Shown here piece by piece: positions 19,707 to 28,611 of a stretch of 64,000 nucleotides of DNA. Within the stretch, counting starts at the first letter, position 1. The number at the start of each line of letters is the position of its first letter. The notes under the pieces were generated by a model, which saw only the letters and a list, made by a program, of their open reading frames with translations, ran no database searches and was not told the origin of the DNA. Source of the stretch: Thermoproteota archaeon. GTDB lineage: Archaea; Thermoproteota; Methanomethylicia; Culexarchaeales; Culexarchaeaceae. Location of the stretch: contig JAJHRD010000002.1 in NCBI GenBank assembly GCA_020833005.1, forward strand, positions 70,287 to 134,286, written 5' to 3'. Both the position numbers and the translations under genes were made by a program.

Positions 19707-19783
19707 GCCTCGGTAGCTCAGCTCGGTAGAGCGGCGGCCTTGTAAGCCGTTGGTCGCGGGTTCAAATCCCGCCCGAGGCTCCA
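19707..19783 (+). tRNA. tRNA-Thr (anticodon TGT), CCA encoded
   Basis: Cloverleaf: GCCTCGG acceptor, GCTC/GAGC D-stem, anticodon loop CUUGUAA, T-arm GCGGG-TTCAAAT-CCCGC, then CCA. Confidence 0.85.
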
Positions 19784-19965
19784 TCCTCTTAAATTAAACT
19801 GTTTAGGTAAATTTTACCTAAACTTGAAAGGCTATAAGTGGTTCTTCTTAAAATAATGTTGTCCGGGTATGGCTAATGGGAATGAAATTCAAAATAAACT
19901 TTCCTATTAACATTTCATAATCCCTCATTAGAATGACCTAAAAATGTTGAAGTGGATATTAGAAC

Positions 19966-20403
19966 TTAGTCTTTACTTTCAGCAAGCCTTTTAATGAGGT
20001 CCAAGACTTTCTCTTTTATTGCATCTCTGATTTTCCTAGCTTCATCAAGCGGCATATTTGCTGGGTCAGGCATATTCCACTCCTCAACATATCTGGAGTA
20101 TACTATGGGGCAAAGGGCACCACTACACACGATTACTGCTACATCAGCCTTTTCCTGAAGCTCCCTAGTAATCATTTGTGGTTTTTTATGGCTTATGTCT
20201 ATGCCTTCCTCAAGCATTAGCCTTACAGCATTTGGATGAACTTTATCTGCTGGTTTTATTCCAGCACTTATGGCAGTCCAGCCTTTAGGAGCATACTTGT
20301 TAAAGTAAGCTTCAGCAATTTGACTTCTAAAACTATTTTCAACACATACAAATAAAACGGTTTTCAAGTCTATCCATCTCCCCTCAATATTCCCGGGAAT
20401 CAC
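19966..20403 (-). CDS. arsC: Arsenate reductase / low-molecular-weight phosphotyrosine phosphatase family
   Basis: CX5R(S) P-loop (CVENSFRS) near the N-terminus plus a downstream CSGALC pair. The true start may be TTG 20367 (LKTVLFVCV). Confidence 0.6.
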   Translation of the reverse strand: MIPGNIEGRWIDLKTVLFVCVENSFRSQIAEAYFNKYAPKGWTAISAGIKPADKVHPNAVRLMLEEGIDISHKKPQMITRELQEKADVAVIVCSGALCPIVYSRYVEEWNMPDPANMPLDEARKIRDAIKEKVLDLIKRLAESKD

Positions 20404-20463
20404 ATATAACTATGGCATTATGGGATAAAAATTTATTTCTAACATTACAATACTTTAAATGTT

Positions 20464-20537
20464 GGGCCGGTAGCTCAGCCTGGAAGAGCATCCGCTTGGC
20501 ATGCGGGGGGTCGCGGGTTCAAATCCCGCCCGGTCCA
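20464..20537 (+). tRNA. tRNA-Ala (anticodon GGC)
   Basis: G3:U70 identity pair in the acceptor (GGGCCGG/CCGGTCC). Anticodon loop UUGGCAU. T-arm GCGGG-TTCAAAT-CCCGC. Confidence 0.85.
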
Positions 20538-20583
20538 CTACAGTTAAAAATGTTTATGTAATAGATTTGTTGAGATAATTGTG

Positions 20584-20645
20584 AAATGATGTGAAGAGGG
20601 TCAATGAGGGGGGAACCGATGATTTACGCTGGAAACACTGATCAT
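20584..20645 (+). ncRNA. Candidate C/D box sRNA (2'-O-methylation guide)
   Basis: C box AUGAUGU at 20586-20592. C'-like GAUGAU at 20618-20623. Perfect D box CUGA at 20638-20641. Guide-length spacers of 12-14 nt. Short terminal complementarity (UGA...UCA). fibrillarin/nop5 are present in the window. Confidence 0.35.
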
Positions 20646-20651
20646 ATAATG

Positions 20652-21362
20652 TTAGACCGTGGAGTATAGGTTCATTTCAATCTCATAATCATGTACAACC
20701 ATTGCGGCTACAACCCATGCATCTAGAGTTTCAGGGTATATTGAGAATTTTACATCGGCCAACTTCAAGTTTTCCTCTGAAAACTCCCCCTCCTGAAATC
20801 CTCCTATAATGACTGCTGGATTATCCTCTTTGACAAGCATTTTCGCTAGATCATTTGGATGTATTCTTTCACCAGCAGAAGTTAATAGTATGGTTTTAGA
20901 TGGGCGAATACTGTTAATTAGATTTGACAAATTGCAAGCCTTAATTGTCATTAGAGGAGTATCACTATTGGGTGGAACTCTTCCAACTTTAAACAATTGC
21001 TCCATTAAACCCACAAATCTATTATAATTCCTTGGTAGGCGGATGGATGGGTGAAAAGTTATGACCATATCATTTATTGTATGAACATACACCTTCACTA
21101 ACCCCCTCTTGCTTGCAGGAAAACCTAAAACATTAAGCAGTATTAAATGTGTTATATCAGGTCTGCCACGTTTCCAAAAATCCTTTAGCGATTTCATAGC
21201 CCAATAATGTTTGGAAATATCTAAGAGAAGTTCAAAACTCTTCTTCCCCCTCCTCTTAGCATCCTTCACCACAGCTGGATGATCACTTATCTCCCTAGGG
21301 ATAAGTTCCAAAGCTGCCTCTCCAACAATTAAGTTAAGATGATTATGCAAAATGAAGAACAC
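20652..21362 (-). CDS. nep1: Ribosomal RNA small-subunit methyltransferase Nep1 (Emg1)
   Basis: 236 aa. SPOUT Nep1 pattern (GRPDITHLILLNVL, LLTSAGE...IGGFQEGEF). Confidence 0.8.
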   Translation of the reverse strand: MFFILHNHLNLIVGEAALELIPREISDHPAVVKDAKRRGKKSFELLLDISKHYWAMKSLKDFWKRGRPDITHLILLNVLGFPASKRGLVKVYVHTINDMVITFHPSIRLPRNYNRFVGLMEQLFKVGRVPPNSDTPLMTIKACNLSNLINSIRPSKTILLTSAGERIHPNDLAKMLVKEDNPAVIIGGFQEGEFSEENLKLADVKFSIYPETLDAWVVAAMVVHDYEIEMNLYSTV

Positions 21363-21397
21363 CCAATTTAAATATAACCATTAAATCTATTAATTTA

Positions 21398-21706
21398 ATG
21401 CGGAGGATCATACGTGAGATAGGCAGAGAACGCATAGACAAATTATTCAGAATGGCGGAAAAAGTATTTCACGAAAACCCTGAGCTGGCAGATAGGTATG
21501 TGGAGATTGCCCGTAAAATAAGTATGAAAGTCAGAATAAGAATACCGACAAAATGGAGACGTAGATTTTGTCATAAATGCTACACATTCCTAGTTCCAGG
21601 AGTAAACTGCCACGTTAGAATTAGAAGTAGGAGGAGTACGCATATAGTAGTAACATGCCATAAATGTGGAAATAAAATGAGATATATAGTAAAGAGGGGG
21701 AAGTAG
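21398..21706 (+). CDS. rnp4: RNase P protein component 4 (Rpr2/Rpp21)
   Basis: 102 aa. Basic helical N-terminus plus a C4 Zn ribbon (CHKCYTFL...CHKCGN). Confidence 0.75.
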   Translation: MRRIIREIGRERIDKLFRMAEKVFHENPELADRYVEIARKISMKVRIRIPTKWRRRFCHKCYTFLVPGVNCHVRIRSRRSTHIVVTCHKCGNKMRYIVKRGK

Positions 21707-21760
21707 AGGGATACCAGTGAAAAATATTTATTGCAACATCCACTTATTCTATTGATATTA

Positions 21761-22042
21761 ATGGGTAGTGAAAAACGCAAGATCAAATCACTCATAATTA
21801 GAAATGAAATTCCAAAGATAAATGTGGGTAAAAGTGGGTTGACGGAAGCCGTTACGAAGGAGATAGATAGACAACTAGATGAACATGAATTTGTGAAGGT
21901 AAAATTACTCAAGAATTCACCATTAATAGAAGAAGCTGATGTAAAGGAGATAGCTAAAGAGCTGGCTTCATCACTAAAAGCGGAAGTTATAGACGTTAGA
22001 GGGAGAACAATAACATTATATAGAAAATGGAAAAGCAAATAA
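21761..22042 (+). CDS. CRS1/YhbY (CRM-domain) RNA-binding protein
   Basis: About 93 aa from the internal ATG. KINVGKSGLTEAVTKEIDRQLDEHEFVKVKLL and RGRTITLYRK match the CRM domain. Confidence 0.65.
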   Translation: MGSEKRKIKSLIIRNEIPKINVGKSGLTEAVTKEIDRQLDEHEFVKVKLLKNSPLIEEADVKEIAKELASSLKAEVIDVRGRTITLYRKWKSK

Positions 22043-22097
22043 TTTATAATAGATAATACGATTTGAAAAGTAGTTTAACAAAATTTGGTGACGGACA

Positions 22098-22562
22098 TTG
22101 GTTTCACCAAAAACAGTTCCAGCAAATAGATTGATTAAAGAGTTAGCTGAGATTATAAAAGAAAATTACCCACAAATAAAACCGCCAACATGGGCACAAT
22201 ACGTGAAAACAGGAAGCCATAGGGAGAGAATCCCCGATAACCCAGATTGGTGGTATATCCGTGCTGCAGCAATACTTAGAAAAATATATTTAAAGGGTGG
22301 AGTGGGGGTGGAGAGGCTTAGAACAGCCTTTGGCGGAAGGAAGCAGAATGGAACGAAGAAATGCCACTTCAGGAAGGGAGGAGGTAAAATTATTAGAGAG
22401 ATAATGCAACAATTGGAGGATGCAAAACTTGTGAAGAAGGTTGAAGGAAAGGGGAGAACTCTAACTCCCGAAGCTCTCTCACTCCTATACACAACATCGA
22501 ACAAAATATTTAGAAGTCTTATGAAAGAAAATCCTGAACTCAAAAAATACGTTATCGCATAA
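22098..22562 (+). CDS. rps19e: 30S ribosomal protein S19e
   Basis: 154 aa. PDWWYIRAAAILRKIYL and GGGKIIREIMQQLE are S19e signatures. Confidence 0.85.
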   Translation: MVSPKTVPANRLIKELAEIIKENYPQIKPPTWAQYVKTGSHRERIPDNPDWWYIRAAAILRKIYLKGGVGVERLRTAFGGRKQNGTKKCHFRKGGGKIIREIMQQLEDAKLVKKVEGKGRTLTPEALSLLYTTSNKIFRSLMKENPELKKYVIA

Positions 22563-22578
22563 ATGAGGTGAAGGTAAT

Positions 22579-22929
22579 ATGGCAAATGAGGGAGGTGAAG
22601 AAGAGGGATATGATGAAGAATTAGAGGAAATTAGACGTAAAAGAATGGCGGAATTAAAAAGACAAATAGAGGAAGCTAGAAAGAGGGAGGCAATAGAGGC
22701 AGCTAAACAAGAGGCTTTAAGGAGAATACTTACCCCAGAAGCTAGAAGTAGACTTGCAAATTTAAAAATGGTTAAACCAGAGATAGTTGAGCAAATAGAA
22801 TTACAATTAATACAATTAGCTCAAAGTGGAAGAATTCAAGTACCAATAACCGATGAGCAATTGAAAGAAATATTAAGTAGAGTGATTAGTAGAAGACCAA
22901 CTAAAATTATATGGAAAAGGGGGGAGTAA
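22579..22929 (+). CDS. PDCD5/TFAR19-like DNA-binding protein (COG2118)
   Basis: 116 aa. Acidic N-terminus and conserved [19 protein letters not shown]...[11 protein letters not shown] core. Confidence 0.7.
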   Translation: MANEGGEEEGYDEELEEIRRKRMAELKRQIEEARKREAIEAAKQEALRRILTPEARSRLANLKMVKPEIVEQIELQLIQLAQSGRIQVPITDEQLKEILSRVISRRPTKIIWKRGE

Positions 22930-22931
22930 GT

Positions 22932-23087
22932 TTGGCGAGAAATAAACATTTAGCTAGAAAACTTAGATTGGCCCATGCAAATAAGCAAAACTCCCCAGTC
23001 CCATTATGGGTTATTATAAAAACCATGGGTAAGTTTAGGAGACACCCAAAACTCAGACATTGGCGTCAAACAAAATTGAAAGTGTAG
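22932..23087 (+). CDS. rpl39e: 50S ribosomal protein L39e
   Basis: 51 aa, [51 protein letters not shown], a canonical L39e. TTG start 3 nt after the upstream stop. Absent from the ORF track (<60 aa). Confidence 0.75.
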   Translation: MARNKHLARKLRLAHANKQNSPVPLWVIIKTMGKFRRHPKLRHWRQTKLKV

Positions 23088-23097
23088 GGGGATTAGA

Positions 23098-23388
23098 ATG
23101 AGTAAAAGTGGTGAAAAAAAGGAGGATATAGTCCTAGAACGAATATACACAATACCACTAAAAATAGCCTATTATGTACCTAGAGGTAAAAGAACCCCAC
23201 GTGCAGTTAGATTTTTAAAGGAATTCATAATGAAGCATATGAAAACTGATAAAGTGATCATAACCCCAGAAGTAAATGAAATCCTATGGTCAAGAGGCAT
23301 ACAAAAACCCCCAAGAAGGATAAGGGTAAGAGTGACCAAGAATTCAGAGGGGGAGGTAAAGGTATACCCATTTATGGAAAAAGAGTAG
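23098..23388 (+). CDS. rpl31e: 50S ribosomal protein L31e
   Basis: 96 aa. EYTIPLK-type N-terminus (RIYTIPLK) and KEFIMKHMK, typical of L31e. Confidence 0.85.
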   Translation: MSKSGEKKEDIVLERIYTIPLKIAYYVPRGKRTPRAVRFLKEFIMKHMKTDKVIITPEVNEILWSRGIQKPPRRIRVRVTKNSEGEVKVYPFMEKE

Positions 23389-23401
23389 GGGTAAAAACAA
23401 T

Positions 23402-24079
23402 TTGATAGAGAGACTATCGGTTTATGGAAGTAATAATATAGGGGTTTTCTTCTCAGCATCAGATAAGTATGTTCTAACACCATCAAATATACCAGTAAAG
23501 ATAATGAAGATAGTTGAAGAAGTATTAGGGGTAAAAACAGTACAAATAAACTTATGCAACTCAGTACTCCTAGGAGTATTAACTGTTGGAAACTCCAACG
23601 GGATACTTGTACCATACTATACACCACAAGAAGAAATTGAATATTTAAGAAGGGAGCTAAAGGAGCTAGGAGTAAACATTGAACCATTCCCAAGCAAGAT
23701 AACAGCACTTGGAAACATAATACTCACAAACGATTATGCCTCAATAGTAAGTCCAGACCTAAATAGAGAAGAAATTAAATGTATAAGGGATGTATTAGGT
23801 GTTGAAGTTGAAAAGTACACGATAGCAGGATATAAAGTGGTGGGATCTGTTGGAGTAGCAAGTAATAAGGGGTGCATAGTTCATCCAATGACCACTGAAG
23901 AGGAACTAAAAAATATAAGTGAGATATTAAAAGTTAAGGTGGATGTAGGAACAGTGAATGCAGGATTCCCCATAGTGGGGGTAGGGATAGTGGCCAACTC
24001 CAAAGGAATACTGGTTGGAAGCTCATCCACAGGACCGGAAATAGCACAAATAGAAAGAGTTTTGGGAGGGATGATATGA
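23402..24079 (+). CDS. eif6: Translation initiation factor 6 (aIF6)
   Basis: 225 aa. Pentein repeats with recurring NxGxxVP / NDYASIV motifs. Confidence 0.85.
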   Translation: MIERLSVYGSNNIGVFFSASDKYVLTPSNIPVKIMKIVEEVLGVKTVQINLCNSVLLGVLTVGNSNGILVPYYTPQEEIEYLRRELKELGVNIEPFPSKITALGNIILTNDYASIVSPDLNREEIKCIRDVLGVEVEKYTIAGYKVVGSVGVASNKGCIVHPMTTEEELKNISEILKVKVDVGTVNAGFPIVGVGIVANSKGILVGSSSTGPEIAQIERVLGGMI

Positions 24080-24080
24080 T

Positions 24081-24332
24081 ATGAGTGTGAAAATATATAG
24101 GGTAAGTGGCGAAGTAATTCTGAGAAATGGAGCTAACATGAAATTCACATTAGACATACCTGGATTGAAGCCTGAAGAAGCAATTGAAAGAGTCTATTCA
24201 AATTTAAGTGGAATACATAGAGTGAAAAGGGGGAATGTAAGGATTAAAAACATAGAAGTAATAAATCCAAAAGATACAAAAAATAGTTTGATACAAGTTT
24301 TATGGAGAGAGAAGATAAATGAAGAAGATTGA
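24081..24332 (+). CDS. rplX: 50S ribosomal protein LX (L18Ae/L20e)
   Basis: 83 aa. Size, position between aIF6 and prefoldin-alpha, and the KIYRVSGEV... pattern are typical. Confidence 0.7.
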   Translation: MSVKIYRVSGEVILRNGANMKFTLDIPGLKPEEAIERVYSNLSGIHRVKRGNVRIKNIEVINPKDTKNSLIQVLWREKINEED

Positions 24333-24765
24333 TCGAAAAGAGGTTGAAGAAGAAGTTGGCAGACTATACGCACAGATAACCACACTAAATTCAATAGCAG
24401 ACGCATTAAAGGAGCAGAGTGAAATCTTACAAAGACAGATAATAGACACCCAACTCGCGCTGGAAACTTTAAATGAAATAAGTAAACTGGAAAAAAATCA
24501 TAAAGTTATACTGCCACTAGGATCACAAATAATGGTTGATGCAGTAATAGTGGACAATGAAAATGCATATGTAAACGTAGGCTCCAACATAATAATCAAA
24601 AAACCAAATAAAGAGGTAATAGAAATACTTGAGAAGAGAATGGAAGCCCTACAAAAACAGCAAATGGAAATACAGCAGAAATTAACAGAAACATTAAGTG
24701 GAATAGAATACTTACAAAATCAATTAAACACATTAATACAACAATTGAGAGAAAAAGGCACTTAA
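24319..24765 (+). CDS. pfdA: Prefoldin alpha subunit
   Basis: 148 aa. Coiled coil - beta hairpin (VILPLGSQIMVDAVIVDNENAYVNVGSNIII) - coiled coil. Confidence 0.8.
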   Translation: MKKIDRKEVEEEVGRLYAQITTLNSIADALKEQSEILQRQIIDTQLALETLNEISKLEKNHKVILPLGSQIMVDAVIVDNENAYVNVGSNIIIKKPNKEVIEILEKRMEALQKQQMEIQQKLTETLSGIEYLQNQLNTLIQQLREKGT

Positions 24766-24777
24766 GGATGATGAATA

Positions 24778-25686
24778 TTGTTCAGCAAACTCAAAAACGC
24801 AATAAAACAAATAATTGAAATAGTATCCACAAAGACACTATCAAAGGAAGAATTAGAACCAATACTATTCGAGTGGAAAATGCAATTAGTAAGCTGTGAT
24901 GTAGCATATACAGTTGCAGAATACTTGGAGAAGAGAATACTTGAAACATTGACAGGCTCAAAAATCCCAAGAAACGAAGACCCAGCAACGAGGGTAAGGG
25001 AGTGTATAAAGAAAGCAATAATGGATATACTTGTAGAAGCAGGGGAAATGGATTTAGAAGAGGAAATTAGTAGGAGGATTAGAAGTGGAGAAACACCAGT
25101 AAAAATAGTCTTCGTAGGAGTAAATGGTAGCGGTAAAACTACCACCATAGCAAAACTTGCATTCAAACTTAAAGAGAAGAATATAAACTCTGTTCTCGCA
25201 TGTAGCGACACATTTAGAGCTGGAGCTGAGGAGCAACTGGCTATACACGCAAATAGAATTGGAGTGAAAATGATAAAACACACCTACGGAGCAGATCCAG
25301 CGGCAGTAGCTTATGATGCTGTGAAATATGCACAAGCACATAAAATACCAGTAGTACTAATAGACACAGCTGGAAGAATGCATACAGACAAAGATCTAAT
25401 GATGGAATTAACAAAGATAATTAGAGTCATCAACGCAGACTACACAATATTCATTGGAGATGCACTAACAGGCAATGATGCACTAAACCAAGCAGAAACC
25501 TTCAACAAATATGTGGGTATAAGTGGATCAATAATAACGAAGGTGGATGCAGATGTAAGAGGCGGAGTAGCCCTATCAATAATGTTTGCAACAAAGAAAC
25601 CAATACTATACATTGGAACAGGACAAAAATACACAGATTTAGTTAAATTCGATGGAAACTGGTTAATACAAAAAATAGTAGAATAA
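24778..25686 (+). CDS. ftsY: Signal recognition particle receptor FtsY
   Basis: SRP GTPase motifs (VFVGVNGSGKTTTIAKLA, DTAGR, TKVD). Apparent TTG start. Confidence 0.85.
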   Translation: MFSKLKNAIKQIIEIVSTKTLSKEELEPILFEWKMQLVSCDVAYTVAEYLEKRILETLTGSKIPRNEDPATRVRECIKKAIMDILVEAGEMDLEEEISRRIRSGETPVKIVFVGVNGSGKTTTIAKLAFKLKEKNINSVLACSDTFRAGAEEQLAIHANRIGVKMIKHTYGADPAAVAYDAVKYAQAHKIPVVLIDTAGRMHTDKDLMMELTKIIRVINADYTIFIGDALTGNDALNQAETFNKYVGISGSIITKVDADVRGGVALSIMFATKKPILYIGTGQKYTDLVKFDGNWLIQKIVE

Positions 25687-25747
25687 ATTAACATCGAAAA
25701 ATAAACAATTTTATATTACAAAACAACACTAAATAGCTACAGAGAAC

Positions 25748-26677
25748 ATGTCACTCAAAGGTAGAGACCTCTTAACATTACAAGAATTCACAACCGAGGA
25801 ATTATGGAAACTATTAAAATTAGCAGAAAAGATGAAGATGGAATATTACTCTGGGGAGAGAGTAAAGGAAGTTTTGAAGGGGAAAACTTTAGCAATGATA
25901 TTTCAGAAACCATCAACAAGGACAAGAGTATCCTTCGAAGTGGCAATGCATCAATTGGGTGGAAAAGCATTATACCTAAGCTGGAATGAACTACAACTTG
26001 GTAGGGGGGAAACAATAAGCGATACAGCAAAAGTCCTCAGTAGATATGTGGATGGTATTATGGCAAGGGTATATAGGCACATAGACCTAGAAGAGATGGC
26101 CAGAGCAGCCACAATACCAGTAATAAATGGTTTAAGCGATCTACATCACCCATGCCAAGCACTATCAGATGTATTTACAATGTACGAGAAGAAGGGGTAT
26201 TTAAAGGGGATTAGAGTAGCATTCATTGGAGATGGCTCAAACAACGTATGTAGCTCACTAATAATAGCATCCACAAAATTTGGAATACATGTAAACGTAG
26301 CATCACCAAAGGACTACATGCCCAGACAAGATGTAATGAAAATAGCTGAAATAAACTCCATTGAAAGCGGATCCACAGTAAACTTGTATACATCACCGGA
26401 GGAAGCTGTGAAAAATGTGGACTTCATATACACAGACGTATGGGTAAGCATGGGACAAGAGGAGGAGAGTGAGAAAAGGATGAAAGTATTCGCACCATAC
26501 CAAGTGAATAAAAAATTGTTGTCATATTCTCCAAAGGCAATGGTGATGCACTGCTTACCAGCACACCGCGGCTTAGAAATAACTGATGAAGTCATTGATT
26601 CAGAAAACTCAATAGTTTGGGATCAAGCTGAAAACAGGCTACATGTACAAAAAGCAATACTAGCATCACTACTATAA
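25748..26677 (+). CDS. argF: Ornithine carbamoyltransferase
   Basis: STRTR carbamoyl-phosphate motif, HPCQ, DGSNNV and HCLPAHRG motifs, characteristic of OTCase. Confidence 0.8.
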   Translation: MSLKGRDLLTLQEFTTEELWKLLKLAEKMKMEYYSGERVKEVLKGKTLAMIFQKPSTRTRVSFEVAMHQLGGKALYLSWNELQLGRGETISDTAKVLSRYVDGIMARVYRHIDLEEMARAATIPVINGLSDLHHPCQALSDVFTMYEKKGYLKGIRVAFIGDGSNNVCSSLIIASTKFGIHVNVASPKDYMPRQDVMKIAEINSIESGSTVNLYTSPEEAVKNVDFIYTDVWVSMGQEEESEKRMKVFAPYQVNKKLLSYSPKAMVMHCLPAHRGLEITDEVIDSENSIVWDQAENRLHVQKAILASLL

Positions 26678-26740
26678 TGCAAAAACCAACAACAATTTTA
26701 TATGATAAAGATTCCCCTTAAATCTAGAGGCGTGAACGTG

Positions 26741-26911
26741 ATGAGCAGCTTCAGAGAATCCATTAAAAGGATCATAAGACTATCTAGGAAACCAACATGG
26801 GAAGAATACTCATTAACCATAAGAATATGCATACTAGGACTTCTGATACTCGGTGGATATGGATTCATAATACAGTTAATATCACTAGTTTTACAAGCAT
26901 TACCAAGGTGA
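26741..26911 (+). CDS. secE: Preprotein translocase subunit SecE (Sec61 gamma)
   Basis: About 56 aa from the internal ATG. Basic amphipathic N-terminus (IRLSRKPTWEEY) plus a single TM helix. Canonical position immediately upstream of spt5-L11. Confidence 0.65.
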   Translation: MSSFRESIKRIIRLSRKPTWEEYSLTIRICILGLLILGGYGFIIQLISLVLQALPR

Positions 26912-26915
26912 AAAT

Positions 26916-27359
26916 ATGGCGCCATACTACACTATTAGAACAACCGCTGGACAAGAAAACAATGTTGCATTACTAATAGAAGCAAGAGCAAAAGCTGCAG
27001 ATATGGGGGTACTCTCAATAATAGTGCCAAAAGACATCAATGGATTCATATTCATAGAAGTAACTCATGCCACGAAAATAATGAATGCAATAAGTGGAAT
27101 AAGACATGTAAAGGGGTGGATTCCAGGAGTTGTAAACATAGAGGAAATAGAGAAATTTCTAATTCAAAAACCACCACTAGAAGGATTAAATGTGGGAGAT
27201 ATCGTTGAGATAGTAAGTGGCCCATTCAGAGGTATGACTGGTAAAATAACAAAGATAAATGCGGAGAAAGAGGAAGTGACATTGGAATTATTGGAGGTAA
27301 CGTATACATTGCCAATAACAATAAATGCTGATGCCGTAAGGAAAGCTTCAAAAACTTAA
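26916..27359 (+). CDS. spt5: Transcription elongation factor Spt5 (NusG)
   Basis: 147 aa. NGN domain plus KOW (GDIVEIVSGPFRGMTGKI). Confidence 0.85.
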   Translation: MAPYYTIRTTAGQENNVALLIEARAKAADMGVLSIIVPKDINGFIFIEVTHATKIMNAISGIRHVKGWIPGVVNIEEIEKFLIQKPPLEGLNVGDIVEIVSGPFRGMTGKITKINAEKEEVTLELLEVTYTLPITINADAVRKASKT

Positions 27360-27457
27360 ATTCATAGGAGGAGACAAACAGTATTTAAGAAAAGTATAAT
27401 AGAGAGAGATTATTGGATAAACATTAGCAAAGTAAGTATGTGATGATGGGGAAGCTT

Positions 27458-27952
27458 ATGAAGAGTACTAAAAGCTTTACATTCCTGGTTGAGGGGGGGA
27501 AAGCTACAGGAGGACCCCCCATAGGCCCATCCCTAGGACCTCTGGGAATAAATGTAATGCAAGTGGTAAATGAGATAAATGAGAAAACAAAGGAGTTTCT
27601 TGGGATGAGAGTTCCAGTCACGGTAACTGTAGATGTTGAAACAAAGAAGTTTTCCGTAGAAGTTGGAATACCAACAACAGCAGCCCTAATACTTAGAGAG
27701 ATAAAAGCAGAGAAGGGGTCTGGAACACCACACGCAAATAAGGTTGGAAATTTAACAATACAACAGGCTATAAAAATAGCAAAAATAAAAAGGCCACAAC
27801 TATTGGCAAAAACACTTAAAGCAGCTGTAAAGGAGATTTTAGGAACATGTGTGAGTATGGGAGTCACAGTGGAGGGGAAAGACCCACGAATCGTTCAAAA
27901 GGAAATAGATGAAGGGAAGTATGACAAAATATTTGAGGAGGCTGAAAGGTAA
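27458..27952 (+). CDS. rpl11: 50S ribosomal protein L11
   Basis: [23 protein letters not shown] is the L11 signature. Start chosen at the ATG giving MKSTKS...; the ORF-track start is 6 codons upstream. Confidence 0.85.
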   Translation: MKSTKSFTFLVEGGKATGGPPIGPSLGPLGINVMQVVNEINEKTKEFLGMRVPVTVTVDVETKKFSVEVGIPTTAALILREIKAEKGSGTPHANKVGNLTIQQAIKIAKIKRPQLLAKTLKAAVKEILGTCVSMGVTVEGKDPRIVQKEIDEGKYDKIFEEAER

Positions 27953-28600
27953 ATGTCATCACTGGAAGATAAATTGAGAGATGCAATAGAAGAAGCAAAG
28001 AAGGAGTCTAAGAAAAGGAACTTCAAACAATCCGTAGAGCTAATAATAAATTTAAGAGATGTTGACTTAAAGAAGCCGGAAAACAGGATAAACGAAAAGG
28101 TCATACTTCCAAATCAAATAGGGAAGGAAATAAGCGTATGCGTTTTTGGAGATGGAGACTTTGCATCAAAAGCTAAAGAGGCAGGGGCAAAGGCAGTTAT
28201 TAGCAGGGAAGCATTGGAAAAGCTGGCATCAAATAAAAAGGAATTAAAGAAGTTGGCTGAAAATTATGATGTATTCATAGCTAGAGCAGACTACATGCCG
28301 CTCATAGGCAGACACCTAGGACCTATACTGGGGCCTAGAAATAAAATGCCCGAACCAATACCACCCACAGGAGACATAGCCTCAGCAATAAGTAAAGCAC
28401 AAAATACTATTTGGATTAGAACTAGAAATCAACCATTAATACAATGCATAATTGGCACAGAAGACATGCCAACAGAGAAACTTTTAGAAAATGCATTAAC
28501 AGTGATATCAAAGATAAGAGAAAAGTTTAAAAGCTTAAGGAATATTGAGTCAATATACATTAAGACCACCATGGGAAAACCAGTAAAAATCACTGTGTGA
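27953..28600 (+). CDS. rpl1: 50S ribosomal protein L1
   Basis: 215 aa. L1 fold motifs (VFGDGDFASKAKEAGA, IARADYMPLIGRHLGPILGPRNKMP). Confidence 0.9.
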   Translation: MSSLEDKLRDAIEEAKKESKKRNFKQSVELIINLRDVDLKKPENRINEKVILPNQIGKEISVCVFGDGDFASKAKEAGAKAVISREALEKLASNKKELKKLAENYDVFIARADYMPLIGRHLGPILGPRNKMPEPIPPTGDIASAISKAQNTIWIRTRNQPLIQCIIGTEDMPTEKLLENALTVISKIREKFKSLRNIESIYIKTTMGKPVKITV

Positions 28601-28611
28601 AGTGATGAACA

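Noticed and set aside
27438-27452. Perfect C-box word GUGAUGA at 27440
   Set aside because: It is the run of in-frame start codons (GTG ATG ATG) at the 5' end of rpl11. There is no downstream D box.
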